Assembly: GCA_023390655.1 (NCBI GenBank)
Contig: JAEWCL010000026.1
Coordinates: 60,763-124,762, forward strand
Source of the DNA: Bacillota bacterium
GTDB taxonomy: Bacteria > Bacillota > Clostridia > Christensenellales > CAG-138
Length of the DNA: 64,000 nt
Direction: 5' to 3'
Shown: one piece after another, positions 53,581-62,872 of the stretch
Numbering within the stretch: the first letter of the stretch is position 1
Layout of the letters: each line of letters starts with the position of its first letter
Position numbers and translations under genes: made by a program
The notes under the pieces: generated by a model
The model's database searches: none
The model's input: the letters and a program-made list of their open reading frames with translations, nothing else
Told to the model about the DNA's origin: nothing

Positions 53581-53789
53581 GTCCGCACCTCCACAATTCC
53601 TGTTTTGCCTGCTCATGAGACAAGTCCACTCCACATAGTCTAGCATTTCGTCAAATGCAATGTCAAAACTCTTCGATAGTATGTGCCGCGACAACCCGCT
53701 AGCAGAGAAAAGGCGAACGGCACCATGCCGTTCGCCTAACGCTCTCTATGATCTCCCGCCGGATAAACGCGGATTGTGTGTCTGCTGCT

Positions 53790-54683
53790 TTATGCAAGCA
53801 CCTGCATCGCGTGGATGGCGGCCCCGACCACGCCCGCATGCTCGTCGCCGGAGGCGGGCACAAGGGTCAGCGCCTCACGCGGGTTAGGAATGCGCAGATT
53901 TTCCGCGATGCTCTCTTTGAGGTAATCAAGCGGGAACCCTTCCATTTCCACAACGCCGCCGCCGAGGATCACATATGCGGGGTCCAAGATCGTGATTTCG
54001 GTTGCAATGGCAACGGCAAAGGCATACACAACCTGCCGCACATCCGCCGACCCGCCGTGCAGGGAAAACAGTTCCGTAATATGGCAGCCGTAGGCGCTTG
54101 CAAGCCTCTGGAGCACCCTGCCGCAGGCAAGCAGCTCAATACAGCCCTTTTTACCGCAGCCGCAATCCGCGTTTAGCCCCAACACAGGAATATGCCCAAG
54201 CTCACACGCAACGCCGTTGCCTCCCTTATATACGCGCCCGTCGATACACATGGCGTTGCCCAAGCCTGTGCCTAAGAACACGCCGGATATAATCCCGTCC
54301 CTGCTTCGCCCGGAGCGGTTGATCTCATATAGGAGAAGGATGTTGACGTCCTTTTCAATGACAACAGGCAGCTTCAGCCTTGCGCCAAGCGCCTGCACGA
54401 TTGCAAGGTTCTCAAACCCGCGCACCATAGGCGAGGAATACAGCATGGTGCGTTCCTTATCCATCAAAGACGCAAGCGCCATGGAAACGCACAGGATGTT
54501 TTCCCGCCCATATTCCTCCAGCAGCGGTTCGATTACGCCGCTTAAGAACGCGATCTTATCCTCCGCGTCCGAAAGCGCCTGCGTGGGCGTTTTGTGGAAG
54601 CAATGGAGCCGCAGCTGCGTATCCACAATGCCATAGCGCAGATTGGTTCCGCCAATTTCCACACAAACCAAATACTTATCCAA
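53790..54683 (-). CDS. ROK-family sugar kinase
   Basis: 297 aa with ATP motif VEIGGTNLRYG and ROK zinc motif GHIPV...CGCGKKGCIE. Confidence 0.8.
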   Translation of the reverse strand: MDKYLVCVEIGGTNLRYGIVDTQLRLHCFHKTPTQALSDAEDKIAFLSGVIEPLLEEYGRENILCVSMALASLMDKERTMLYSSPMVRGFENLAIVQALGARLKLPVVIEKDVNILLLYEINRSGRSRDGIISGVFLGTGLGNAMCIDGRVYKGGNGVACELGHIPVLGLNADCGCGKKGCIELLACGRVLQRLASAYGCHITELFSLHGGSADVRQVVYAFAVAIATEITILDPAYVILGGGVVEMEGFPLDYLKESIAENLRIPNPREALTLVPASGDEHAGVVGAAIHAMQVLA

Positions 54684-54704
54684 GACCGTTCGCCCTCCCG
54701 GAGG

Positions 54705-55682
54705 TTATGCCTTATTTGCGCTGCCCATCACGTCGATCTTGTGTTTGTAGAGCTCGGCGAGTATGGGGCGGATTTTCAGAGTAAACACGCGGCTGTCGAT
54801 TGCCGCGGGGTTTTCCGCAAGGATCTTGCGGGTAAGCGCCAGGGCGCTGATCCAGCCGTCCGAAGCGATGTTGACCTTGCACACCGCCATCGAAGCCGCG
54901 CGCGATACCTGCTCTTCGGGGATGCCGACCGCTGCGTCAAGCTTGCCGCCATACTGGTTGATCATCTCCACATACTGTGGATCAATGGTGGAAGCGCCGT
55001 GCAGCACGATGGGGAACCCGGGCAAGCGCTTCCCGATATCCGCAAGGATATCATACCTTAGCTCCGGCAGGGAACCATCCGCATTCGGCTTGAGCTTGAC
55101 AAGGCCGTGGCAGGTGCCGATGGAAATCGCCAGGCAGTCCACCCCAGTGCGGTTGACGAATTCTTCTACCATGGAAGGATCGGTATACTGGCTTTCATGG
55201 CTGCCCGCATGCCCCTCTTCTTCCGCACCGGAAAGTACGCCAAGCTCACCCTCCACGGTAACGTCATGCGCGTGCGCATACTCCACCACTTTTTTCGTCA
55301 AAGCGATGTTCTCTTCAAACGGCAATGCGCTGCCGTCGATCATGACAGAGGAAAAGCCGCTTTCCACAGCCGCCACGCATTGCTCATACGTCATGCCATG
55401 GTCAAGGTGGAGCGCAATCGGCACGCTCCTGCCCTCATGCTTTAGCCTGTCCGCGCCGGACTGCGAGATGCGCGCAAGCATCTCATATCCAAGCTGCCGG
55501 TGCAGGTTGGGGGACGCAAGAAGGATTACAGGGGACTGCTTTTCCCCGCATGCGTCCATAATGGCGTTAAACTGCTCGATGGAAACAAAGTTTAAAGCCG
55601 GTACCGCATACCCTTCGCGGTACGCTTTTTCAAACATTGCCCTGGTGTTTTCAAGACCCAGTTCTTTATAATAATACATCAT
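54705..55682 (-). CDS. class II ketose-1,6-bisphosphate aldolase (Fba/GatY/KbaY family)
   Basis: 325 aa with AVPALNF, HLDHG, EGELG and VLHGAS segments. Confidence 0.8.
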   Translation of the reverse strand: MMYYYKELGLENTRAMFEKAYREGYAVPALNFVSIEQFNAIMDACGEKQSPVILLASPNLHRQLGYEMLARISQSGADRLKHEGRSVPIALHLDHGMTYEQCVAAVESGFSSVMIDGSALPFEENIALTKKVVEYAHAHDVTVEGELGVLSGAEEEGHAGSHESQYTDPSMVEEFVNRTGVDCLAISIGTCHGLVKLKPNADGSLPELRYDILADIGKRLPGFPIVLHGASTIDPQYVEMINQYGGKLDAAVGIPEEQVSRAASMAVCKVNIASDGWISALALTRKILAENPAAIDSRVFTLKIRPILAELYKHKIDVMGSANKA

Positions 55683-55709
55683 GTTTGCCTTTCCCGCCCA
55701 TAGAGAGCG

Positions 55710-56906
55710 TCACACCACGTTGAGCCGCAGTTTTGCGTAGCTTGGAAGCTCCCCTACCAGCGGCTCAATATACTCTAAAAAGCTGTCCTCAATAAAGTTC
55801 TGCTCCTTGGTAATGTAGGAAGCAGGCATGGTGCCGTCCACGCTCGCGGCTTTCTCAATATCAATGAGGCTCTCGCGCACGCTATACGGCCTGCTGCTGA
55901 TCCGCTCAAGTGTGACAAGCTTGCCGGTAACGCCGCTTAACGCCTCGCGCACAGCCATTTCGCCAAGCCGAGTCGCCTCCTCTACATCGAGCTTGGACGC
56001 CGTGTGCATGCCGCAGCGCTGCATCAGCCCAAGGTCAATCCCGCGTACTTTGCATGTGAAGCTCTGCAGAAGGATGTGCGTTAAGTACGGCGTAATGCCG
56101 CCCATGTTGAGCGTCGGCTGGTCGGGGCTGTGCAAATTGTATTCAAACAGGTATTTGCCGTGTTCGTCCCTCACGCCCTCGGCGACAACCGCCATACACT
56201 TGCCCTTATGCGCATACACTTCCCCAACGTCCGCAATGAACTTTTCCGGTCGGAACTGCAGCTCCGGCGTATAAATCAGATCCGGCCCGTTGCCCGCCTT
56301 GGCGCAAAGCAGCGTGGAAGCCGCAAGCCAGCCGGTGTTCCTCCCCATCACTTCAATGACGGTGATGAGGCCCGTATCATACACGCGGATGTCATGCGCC
56401 AGCTCCGAAATGGAGATGGCCACATGCCGCGCGGCCGAAGGGAAGCCCGGCGCGTGGTCAATGCCAGCAATGTCATTGTCCACGGTCTTCGGGATTGCAA
56501 CTACCTTGCAGTCATACCCCTGCGCTTCCATATACTTTTGCAGCTTATGGCAGGCACGAAGCGTCCCGTTGCCGCCGTTGTAAAACAAATATCCAACATC
56601 ATGGCGCGCAAAGTTTTCCAGTACGCGCCTGTAATCCGTATCGTCCACGTCCGCATCCTGCATGCGGTAACGGCAGGAACCAAACGCCGAAGAGGGCGTC
56701 TGCGTCAACAATTTGAGTTCCGCCGGGTCCTCTGCATAGACGTCGATCAGTTTGCCGCTTAATAGACCCACCGTGCCATGCAGGGCACTGTATAGCTTGC
56801 CGATTTTATCCCTGTTCTGCATACAGGCGCTGATCACGCCGTATGCGGATGCGTTGATCACCGTGGTAGGGCCGCCGGATTGAATATAAACTGCGTTTTT
56901 CGTCAA
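55710..56906 (-). CDS. PfkA-family phosphofructokinase-like sugar-phosphate 1-kinase
   Basis: 398 aa with QSGGPTTVINAS, GGNGT (in place of canonical GGDGS), PKTVDNDI and MGRNTGW. Confidence 0.75.
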   Translation of the reverse strand: MTKNAVYIQSGGPTTVINASAYGVISACMQNRDKIGKLYSALHGTVGLLSGKLIDVYAEDPAELKLLTQTPSSAFGSCRYRMQDADVDDTDYRRVLENFARHDVGYLFYNGGNGTLRACHKLQKYMEAQGYDCKVVAIPKTVDNDIAGIDHAPGFPSAARHVAISISELAHDIRVYDTGLITVIEVMGRNTGWLAASTLLCAKAGNGPDLIYTPELQFRPEKFIADVGEVYAHKGKCMAVVAEGVRDEHGKYLFEYNLHSPDQPTLNMGGITPYLTHILLQSFTCKVRGIDLGLMQRCGMHTASKLDVEEATRLGEMAVREALSGVTGKLVTLERISSRPYSVRESLIDIEKAASVDGTMPASYITKEQNFIEDSFLEYIEPLVGELPSYAKLRLNVV

Positions 56907-56937
56907 CTACGTTTCCTCCCCAACTGCTCAGACGGCC

Positions 56938-57894
56938 TTAATGCTGGCGCGCGGCACGGTTGGAGCGGATCGCCTCCAGGAAGACGACCAGCAGCACGAG
57001 TACGCCCTGAATGAATTGCTGATAATAGGCGGAAACGCCCACGAGATCCAGCGCATTCGTAATCAGCCCAACGATGATGACGCCAAGGAACGTGCCCATG
57101 ATTTTGCCCTTGCCGCCGAAGGTGACGCTGGTGCCGCCGATAACCGCCGCCATAATGGCCTTCATCTCAAGGTTCGTGCCCACAGTGGAGGGCGCGGAGT
57201 TGGTACGGGAGATGAAGATCAGACCCGCGATGGTCGCAAATACCGAGCAGGCGATGTAGGCAAAGAACAGCACGCGCGTATTCTTGATGCCCGCGACGCG
57301 CGCAGCCTCCGGGTTGCCGCCCACGGCGTAGATGTTGCGCCCCATGATGGTCTTGCTCATAAACAATGCCGCGAGGATATACAGCAGCACAATGAAGATC
57401 GCGGGCAACGGGATGCTGCCAAACACCATGCCCTGGCCGATGACAAGAAAGCCGTCGGGAAGGCCGCTCAAGGTGGTGCCGCGCGAAATGACCGTCTGCA
57501 AGCCGCGGGTCATGTTCATCATGGCGAGGGATGCAATCATCGGCGGGATGCGCATCACGCCCACCGAGAACGCGTTGATGGCGCCGCAGATACCGGCAAT
57601 GCCGAGCGCAACCAGGCACGCAAGCCCCCAGTTGAGGCCGCCTTTCATCAGACTTGCGGATACCCAGACGGAAAACGCCATCACGCCGCCGACGGAAATA
57701 TCGATGCCGCCGGTGATGATAACCATCGTCATGCCGATGGCAGTGATGCCCTGCAGGGAGATGTTCTGCAGGATGTTCATCATGTTTTTCATTTGCAGGA
57801 AATAGGGCGTTGCAAAGGACATGACAACCATGGAGAGCAGAATGATCCCCAGACGCATCCAATCTTCCGCGAAAAATTGCTTTAACGATTTCAT
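56938..57894 (-). CDS. sugar ABC transporter permease (RbsC/AraH type)
   Basis: 318-aa polytopic protein of the typical monosaccharide (CUT2) permease type. Confidence 0.8.
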   Translation of the reverse strand: MKSLKQFFAEDWMRLGIILLSMVVMSFATPYFLQMKNMMNILQNISLQGITAIGMTMVIITGGIDISVGGVMAFSVWVSASLMKGGLNWGLACLVALGIAGICGAINAFSVGVMRIPPMIASLAMMNMTRGLQTVISRGTTLSGLPDGFLVIGQGMVFGSIPLPAIFIVLLYILAALFMSKTIMGRNIYAVGGNPEAARVAGIKNTRVLFFAYIACSVFATIAGLIFISRTNSAPSTVGTNLEMKAIMAAVIGGTSVTFGGKGKIMGTFLGVIIVGLITNALDLVGVSAYYQQFIQGVLVLLVVFLEAIRSNRAARQH

Positions 57895-57928
57895 ATCAGG
57901 ATTCCTCCAAAGTGTTTTAAAAAATGCG

Positions 57929-59422
57929 TCAGCCGATCAGGCTCAGCAGCTCGTTCTTGCTTGTCTCCGAGGTATTGACGGTTGCATATACCTGCCCTTT
58001 TTTGAGGATGATGATCTTGGAGCAGTTTTCCAGCAGCTCCTCAAGCTCCGAAGAGAAGATCAGCACGCTCGTACCCCTGTTTGCAGCCTCTGCGAGTATC
58101 TTGTAAATTTCTGATTTTGCGTAAACATCCACGCCGCGGGTGGGTTCATCCAGCAGGAAGACCTTGGGGTCGGTCGCAAGACACTTTGCAAGCACGACCT
58201 TCTGCTGGTTGCCGCCGGAAAGAGAAACCACCTGCTGTTCAATACCGGACATCTTGACCGTCATTTCCTTCGAGGTTTTCTCTGCAAACGCTTCCTGCCT
58301 GCGTTTATCGATCATGCCAAGGCGCGTGCGCATGGTCTTGATAATGGAAAGCGTGCTGTTTTCCCGGATGGAAAGCAGCGGAATAAATCCTTCGAGCTTG
58401 CGCTCCTCCGTCAAAAGTGCAACCTTGTTTTTGATCATCTGGTCGGGCTTGGGTTTTGCGACTTCTTTGCCAAACAGCTCGATGCTGCCCGAATCAAATG
58501 CATCCAGCCCGAAGATTGCCCGGGCAATTTCCGTCTTGCCCGCGCCTAAAAGCCCGCATACGCCGACGATATCGCCGGCCTGTACGGAGAGGTTGATGTC
58601 CGCAAATTTGTTTTTTCTGGTCAGGTGCTTGAGTTCCAAAGCAACGGGCGCATCCGCAGGCACAGCCGCGCGCTTTTGCGCGCGCGCTTCGATCCTCCGG
58701 CCCATCATGGCCGTCACAAGATCATCCTTTGTATAGCTGCCCGCAATGAACAGGCCGTTGTTGACGCCGTCCTTCAATACCGTCACGCGGTCGGAAAGCT
58801 GTATGACGTCCTCAAGGAAATGGGAAATAAATATGATGGACACGCCCTTTGCCTTAACGCGCTCGATGATGCGGAAGAAGTTTTCCTTCTCCTTTTCATT
58901 GAGTGACGAAGTGGGCTCATCCAGTACGATGACCTTTGCTTCCGTGGTCAGCGTTTTTAAAATTTCGATGATCTGCTTTTCCGCCGTGCGCAGGTTCCTG
59001 ACCGGCGCGTCCGGATCAAGGTCCACCTCCATCATGGCAAGCAGCTTCCTGGCGTTTTCGGAGGTGGCTTTTTTATCATAAAGCCCCAGGCGGTTGACCG
59101 CCCAGTTGCCGATATACATGTTCTCCGCTACCGTCATGTCTACACAGACGTTGAGTTCCTGATGTACAAACGCAAGGCCGAGCTTTTCCGCGTCCTTGGG
59201 ATTTTTGACCTGTACGGGCTTGCCGTCTATTTCAATCACGCCCGATACGGGATGATGAATGCCGTTGAGAATTTTAATGAGCGTGCTTTTGCCTGCGCCG
59301 TTTGCGCCCATGAGCGAGTGCACTTCCCCTTCACGGAGCTCGAAATCGACATGGTTCAATACCATGTTGCCGGAGAAAGACATGACGATGTCATGCATGC
59401 GAACGATAGTTTTTTGACTCAT
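57929..59422 (-). CDS. sugar ABC transporter ATP-binding protein (duplicated ABC, RbsA type)
   Basis: 497 aa with two ABC cassettes (GANGAGKST ... LSGGNQQKV). Confidence 0.85.
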   Translation of the reverse strand: MSQKTIVRMHDIVMSFSGNMVLNHVDFELREGEVHSLMGANGAGKSTLIKILNGIHHPVSGVIEIDGKPVQVKNPKDAEKLGLAFVHQELNVCVDMTVAENMYIGNWAVNRLGLYDKKATSENARKLLAMMEVDLDPDAPVRNLRTAEKQIIEILKTLTTEAKVIVLDEPTSSLNEKEKENFFRIIERVKAKGVSIIFISHFLEDVIQLSDRVTVLKDGVNNGLFIAGSYTKDDLVTAMMGRRIEARAQKRAAVPADAPVALELKHLTRKNKFADINLSVQAGDIVGVCGLLGAGKTEIARAIFGLDAFDSGSIELFGKEVAKPKPDQMIKNKVALLTEERKLEGFIPLLSIRENSTLSIIKTMRTRLGMIDKRRQEAFAEKTSKEMTVKMSGIEQQVVSLSGGNQQKVVLAKCLATDPKVFLLDEPTRGVDVYAKSEIYKILAEAANRGTSVLIFSSELEELLENCSKIIILKKGQVYATVNTSETSKNELLSLIG

Positions 59423-59461
59423 TTCTACACCGCCATACGCATATTTGTGCCGTCAATAGGT

Positions 59462-59500
59462 AAAAAGGGGAGCTCATACTCTTTTGCAATATGAGCCCCC
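59462..59500 (-). terminator. intercistronic hairpin/partial terminator between the binding-protein and ATPase genes
   Basis: The minus strand reads GGGGGCTCATATTGCAAAAGAGTATGAGCTCCCC followed by TTTTT. This is typical of differential expression of SBP genes. Confidence 0.5.
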
Positions 59501-59548
59501 TTCTTCATGCTGGAACCGGGAAATACGCCCGGTCTAAACCCGCAGGGG

Positions 59549-60589
59549 TTACTCCATGGAGTCAGCGCCCCAGAGCTTGCCTTCGGATTTCAATTGTTCA
59601 AAGTTCTCGCCGGTCACAATGTTGCCGGTGATCAGGATGGAAGGTTCGACTTCCTTGCCGTCAAACTTGGCCTTGAGCGCTTCTACAGCGGAAGCCGCCC
59701 ATGCAAAGGGATCGAGGCCATAAGTCGCATCGATGTTGCCCTTGACAGCCTGTCCCAATCCGTAGCCGTCGCCATCCACGGAGTAAACGTTGACATGGCC
59801 TTCCTGTCCAAGGGGAATGAGTTTGCCGTTCTCCTCAAGCGCCGTCATAACAGCGGGGAGGATGTAGTCCGTGCAGGAGAAGATGGCGTTGATGTCCGGG
59901 TTTGCCTGGAGGTAGTTGGTCACAGCGGCAAGCACGACTTCGCTGTCCATTTCGGTAGCGGATTCCGCAACGATGGTGACGTTCGCGGCATCCTTGATGG
60001 CGTTCTTGAAGCCTTCGGTACGATTTACGGTAGCGGAGCTGGAGAGCGGGCCGCCGACGATGAGGACCTTGCCTTCTTTGTCTCCCAAGGTCTTCAAGTA
60101 CATTTCGCCCATCTGCTGACCGATGAGGAGGTTGTCCGCTTCAACGGTCGCAAGGGATGTACCCTTTACCTGACGGTCGATCGCGATAACGGGAACGCCC
60201 GCTTCTTCGCACTGGCCCATGAGGGTGGAGACGGCTTCGCCGTCGATCGGGGTGATGACGATGCCATTGACGCCCTTCACCAGCGCGTTCTCAATCTGGG
60301 AAATCTGGGTCTCAAGATTGTCGTTGGGATCAAGGATTTCCGCTTCCCAGCCGAATTCCGCAGCCTTGGCCTTGAAGCCTTCGCTCGCAGCGGTCCAGAT
60401 GGGGGCGCTTAAGCCCGGGATGGAGTACACAACCTTAACCGCATCACCGGCGGGTACTTCTGCGGGGGTTTCCGTTGCAGGGGTAGCTTCGGGCGCTGCG
60501 GTTTCGCCAACAGGTGCTGCGGGAGCCGCGCATGCGACCGCGCCAAATGCCAGAACGAGGCACAGCAACAGGGCAATGGACTTTTTCAT
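59549..60589 (-). CDS. sugar ABC transporter substrate-binding (lipo)protein (RbsB/PBP type I)
   Basis: 346 aa with a signal peptide carrying Cys (FGAVAC) and a Pro/Ala/Thr linker, followed by a periplasmic-binding fold. Confidence 0.8.
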   Translation of the reverse strand: MKKSIALLLCLVLAFGAVACAAPAAPVGETAAPEATPATETPAEVPAGDAVKVVYSIPGLSAPIWTAASEGFKAKAAEFGWEAEILDPNDNLETQISQIENALVKGVNGIVITPIDGEAVSTLMGQCEEAGVPVIAIDRQVKGTSLATVEADNLLIGQQMGEMYLKTLGDKEGKVLIVGGPLSSSATVNRTEGFKNAIKDAANVTIVAESATEMDSEVVLAAVTNYLQANPDINAIFSCTDYILPAVMTALEENGKLIPLGQEGHVNVYSVDGDGYGLGQAVKGNIDATYGLDPFAWAASAVEALKAKFDGKEVEPSILITGNIVTGENFEQLKSEGKLWGADSME

Positions 60590-60680
60590 ATTCGTTCTCC
60601 TTAAAGATATATTTTTTGCCCATTATCTGGACAAACCTGAAAACAACACTGCGATAACACTGTGACACACAATTCATAAT

Positions 60681-60734
60681 AATGTCATAACATTATCCTG
60701 TTAGAATAATATCATCACGCCCATGTAAAGTCAA
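60681..60734 (-). promoter_or_regulatory. promoter of the ABC-pfk-aldolase-ROK operon (TTGACT-17-TATTAT) with a downstream operator AATGTCATAACATT
   Basis: On the minus strand, TTGACT (60734-60729) is followed by a 17-nt spacer and TATTAT (60711-60706). The palindromic arms AATGT-n4-ACATT lie at 60681-60694. The motif TGTCATAACATTAT recurs at 61699-61712. Confidence 0.6.
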
Positions 60735-60804
60735 TGCATTTTTATCACCCATCATTTTCCCCATGTAGGCATACAAGTGAAGCGTATCCATACGCTTCCT
60801 TCCC

Positions 60805-60839
60805 AAAAGAACAAGGGCGGAACCATTTGGCTCCGCCCT
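60805..60839 (-). terminator. intrinsic terminator after the GntR gene
   Basis: The minus strand reads AGGGCGGAGCCAAATGGTTCCGCCCT followed by TGTTCTTTT. Confidence 0.6.
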
Positions 60840-60931
60840 TTATCTCGGTCAACTGTCAAACGTCTTATGGATGCCACGGCATCCCAGAGGATGGATATTT
60901 GCATGGATAAATACACGCGCTTGTTGGGCCC

Positions 60932-61693
60932 TTACGGCTTTAGGTTCTGTACGTCCAGGTCGGCGCTCAAGTAATACGAATCGCCCCGGTAGTACGCCTG
61001 CAAGTATTCACCCGCCCTGTTGTGCTGGTCATACGACACACGCTCAATATAAATGAGCGGATCGCCCTTTTTGATATCGAGATACCCCGCCAGCTGTGCA
61101 TTGGCGACGATGGCGAATATTTTCTGATGCGCATGCTTCCATACAATGCCGCACTGTTCATTGAGAAACAGGCGCAGCGATGCCTCTGAAAAATCCTGCC
61201 CCAGTACCGCCGGGCAGGCGTCGTGTATCAGGTAGGCGCTCTCCACGCAATGGGGAACATCATTGGCGCAGCGGAGCCGGTTGACATGGATGAGCTTGTC
61301 CCCCTCGTTTAGCCCCAGCGCCGCCGCAATGGTCTTGTTTGCAAGCACGGCTTCGTTTGCAAGCATAGTAGTGGAGGAACGGTATCCGCGCTTTTCCATT
61401 TCATTGGAAAAATGCAGCACCTGGCTTAATGTCTGCTCCAGCTTGGGATTTTGTACATATGTGCCATACCCGCGCCGCTTGACAATCAGCCCTTCATTGG
61501 TAAGCATATCCATCGCCTTGCGGACCGTCACGCGGCTGATGCCATATTTATGGATCAACTCGCTCTCCGTCGGAAGCAATTCGCCCGGCTTGTATTTCCC
61601 TGTTTTGATATCTCGGTAAAGGATATCATACAGCTGAAAATACAGCTGCGTACGGCCGCTAAAATCCAATACTTCTTCCATACCATTCCCCAT
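60932..61693 (-). CDS. GntR-family (HutC/UTRA subfamily) transcriptional regulator
   Basis: 253 aa with an N-terminal wHTH (LPTESELIHKYGISRVTVRKAMDML) and a C-terminal UTRA-like domain. Confidence 0.85.
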   Translation of the reverse strand: MGNGMEEVLDFSGRTQLYFQLYDILYRDIKTGKYKPGELLPTESELIHKYGISRVTVRKAMDMLTNEGLIVKRRGYGTYVQNPKLEQTLSQVLHFSNEMEKRGYRSSTTMLANEAVLANKTIAAALGLNEGDKLIHVNRLRCANDVPHCVESAYLIHDACPAVLGQDFSEASLRLFLNEQCGIVWKHAHQKIFAIVANAQLAGYLDIKKGDPLIYIERVSYDQHNRAGEYLQAYYRGDSYYLSADLDVQNLKP

Positions 61694-61696
61694 CCT

Positions 61697-61739
61697 TTTG
61701 TCATAACATTATGATATATACTTCACTTTGTCTTGTCAA
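61697..61739 (-). promoter_or_regulatory. promoter of the GntR gene (TTGACA-17-TATCAT) overlapped by the same operator motif
   Basis: On the minus strand, TTGACA (61739-61734) is followed by a 17-nt spacer and TATCAT (61716-61711). TGTCATAACATTAT lies at 61699-61712. Confidence 0.6.
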
Positions 61740-61748
61740 CCCCCTTTC

Positions 61749-62339
61749 TTATTCGCACATGGGCCAATCCGATGGCGGACGGAACCCGGTATACGCTTCC
61801 AAGTCCTGATCCCCCGCAATTCCGGTAATCCGCCAGTATCCCGCCTGCTTGTCAAGCGTGAGCACGGCGGAAACCACCGGCCCCGGGCCTGCGGAGCTCT
61901 CTGTGGTAAAAAGCAGATGCCGTATCTGACGTGTTTGCGTGGGAGACTGTATCAGCGCGGTAGTATACGATTGAATCCAGGGGCTTGACACCCCCGTCAC
62001 CCACATGGGCGCGCTTGTTTCAAGCTGCTTTTGGTATTCGCGCTTCAATGCATCGCCCATTACAACGTACTGCTCCGCCGCGCTCCGCTCTTTCAGACCG
62101 TTCGCCCAGATATCCGCAGCCTCCTCGGGCGTGCATGCGCCAATCAATTCCACCGCCCGCAACAGCAGCTCGTTGTGCACTTCATACCGGCTTGGCTCCG
62201 ATGCATACGCAAATATGGATACGTCCTGATACTCCTCCCGCATCGCCGCCTGCCCAAAAAGCAGCAGCAATACGCATGTGCCCAGCCCCGCAAGAAGCGT
62301 CACCCCTGCTTTGATCCGCATATCAAGGCCTTGCCACAT
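61749..62339 (-). CDS. hypothetical membrane-anchored or secreted protein
   Basis: The ATG at 62339 follows GGGAGGGGAG. It has an N-terminal hydrophobic segment (AGVTLLAGLGTCVLLLLF). I recognise no family. Confidence 0.4.
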   Translation of the reverse strand: MWQGLDMRIKAGVTLLAGLGTCVLLLLFGQAAMREEYQDVSIFAYASEPSRYEVHNELLLRAVELIGACTPEEAADIWANGLKERSAAEQYVVMGDALKREYQKQLETSAPMWVTGVSSPWIQSYTTALIQSPTQTRQIRHLLFTTESSAGPGPVVSAVLTLDKQAGYWRITGIAGDQDLEAYTGFRPPSDWPMCE

Positions 62340-62515
62340 AGTCTCCCCTCCCGTCCGTCTTGCCGGTACTTGGCCTATTGTTATGCCCAAGCTGCAAAAA
62401 CATGGCCCAAACCGCAACTATTTTCGGTTTGCCATACTTTTTTATGCTCCGTGGCATACTAAAAGCGCCGGATAAGGTTCCGGAATCTGCATGCGGGAAA
62501 GAGAGTATCAGAAAA

Positions 62516-62791
62516 ATGGCAAAGAAAGTGCTGGTCGCCACCGGTACCTCCATGAACAAACTGAATTTTGCGGTTGAGAGCATCCGAAAGCTCTGCGCGC
62601 AAAAGTCCGTTGATGTGGAAGTGATCGGCGCGAATATTTACGAGGTGGATGTCAATCAGGTAAATCCGGATGTGATCGTAGTGATCGGAAAGCAGGATTT
62701 TACCACGGACAAGCCTGTGATCAGCGGGATGGCGTTTGTCACCAAGATGGGCATCGAAAAGACGGTGGAGGACATTATTGCGGCGCTTTAG
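62516..62791 (+). CDS. PTS EIIB-like small protein lacking the phospho-accepting Cys
   Basis: 91 aa. MAKKVLVATGTSMNKL aligns by eye with the GatB-type xIIVACGxxxATS start, with Ala in place of Cys. No EIIC or EIIA gene lies nearby. Confidence 0.45.
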   Translation: MAKKVLVATGTSMNKLNFAVESIRKLCAQKSVDVEVIGANIYEVDVNQVNPDVIVVIGKQDFTTDKPVISGMAFVTKMGIEKTVEDIIAAL

Positions 62792-62872
62792 GCGATACAG
62801 AAGGGCAGCGAAAAACCCGCGCCTTTTCTCAGAAATCGCTTGCGGAATGGGGCGTTTGCACAGGATAGCAAC

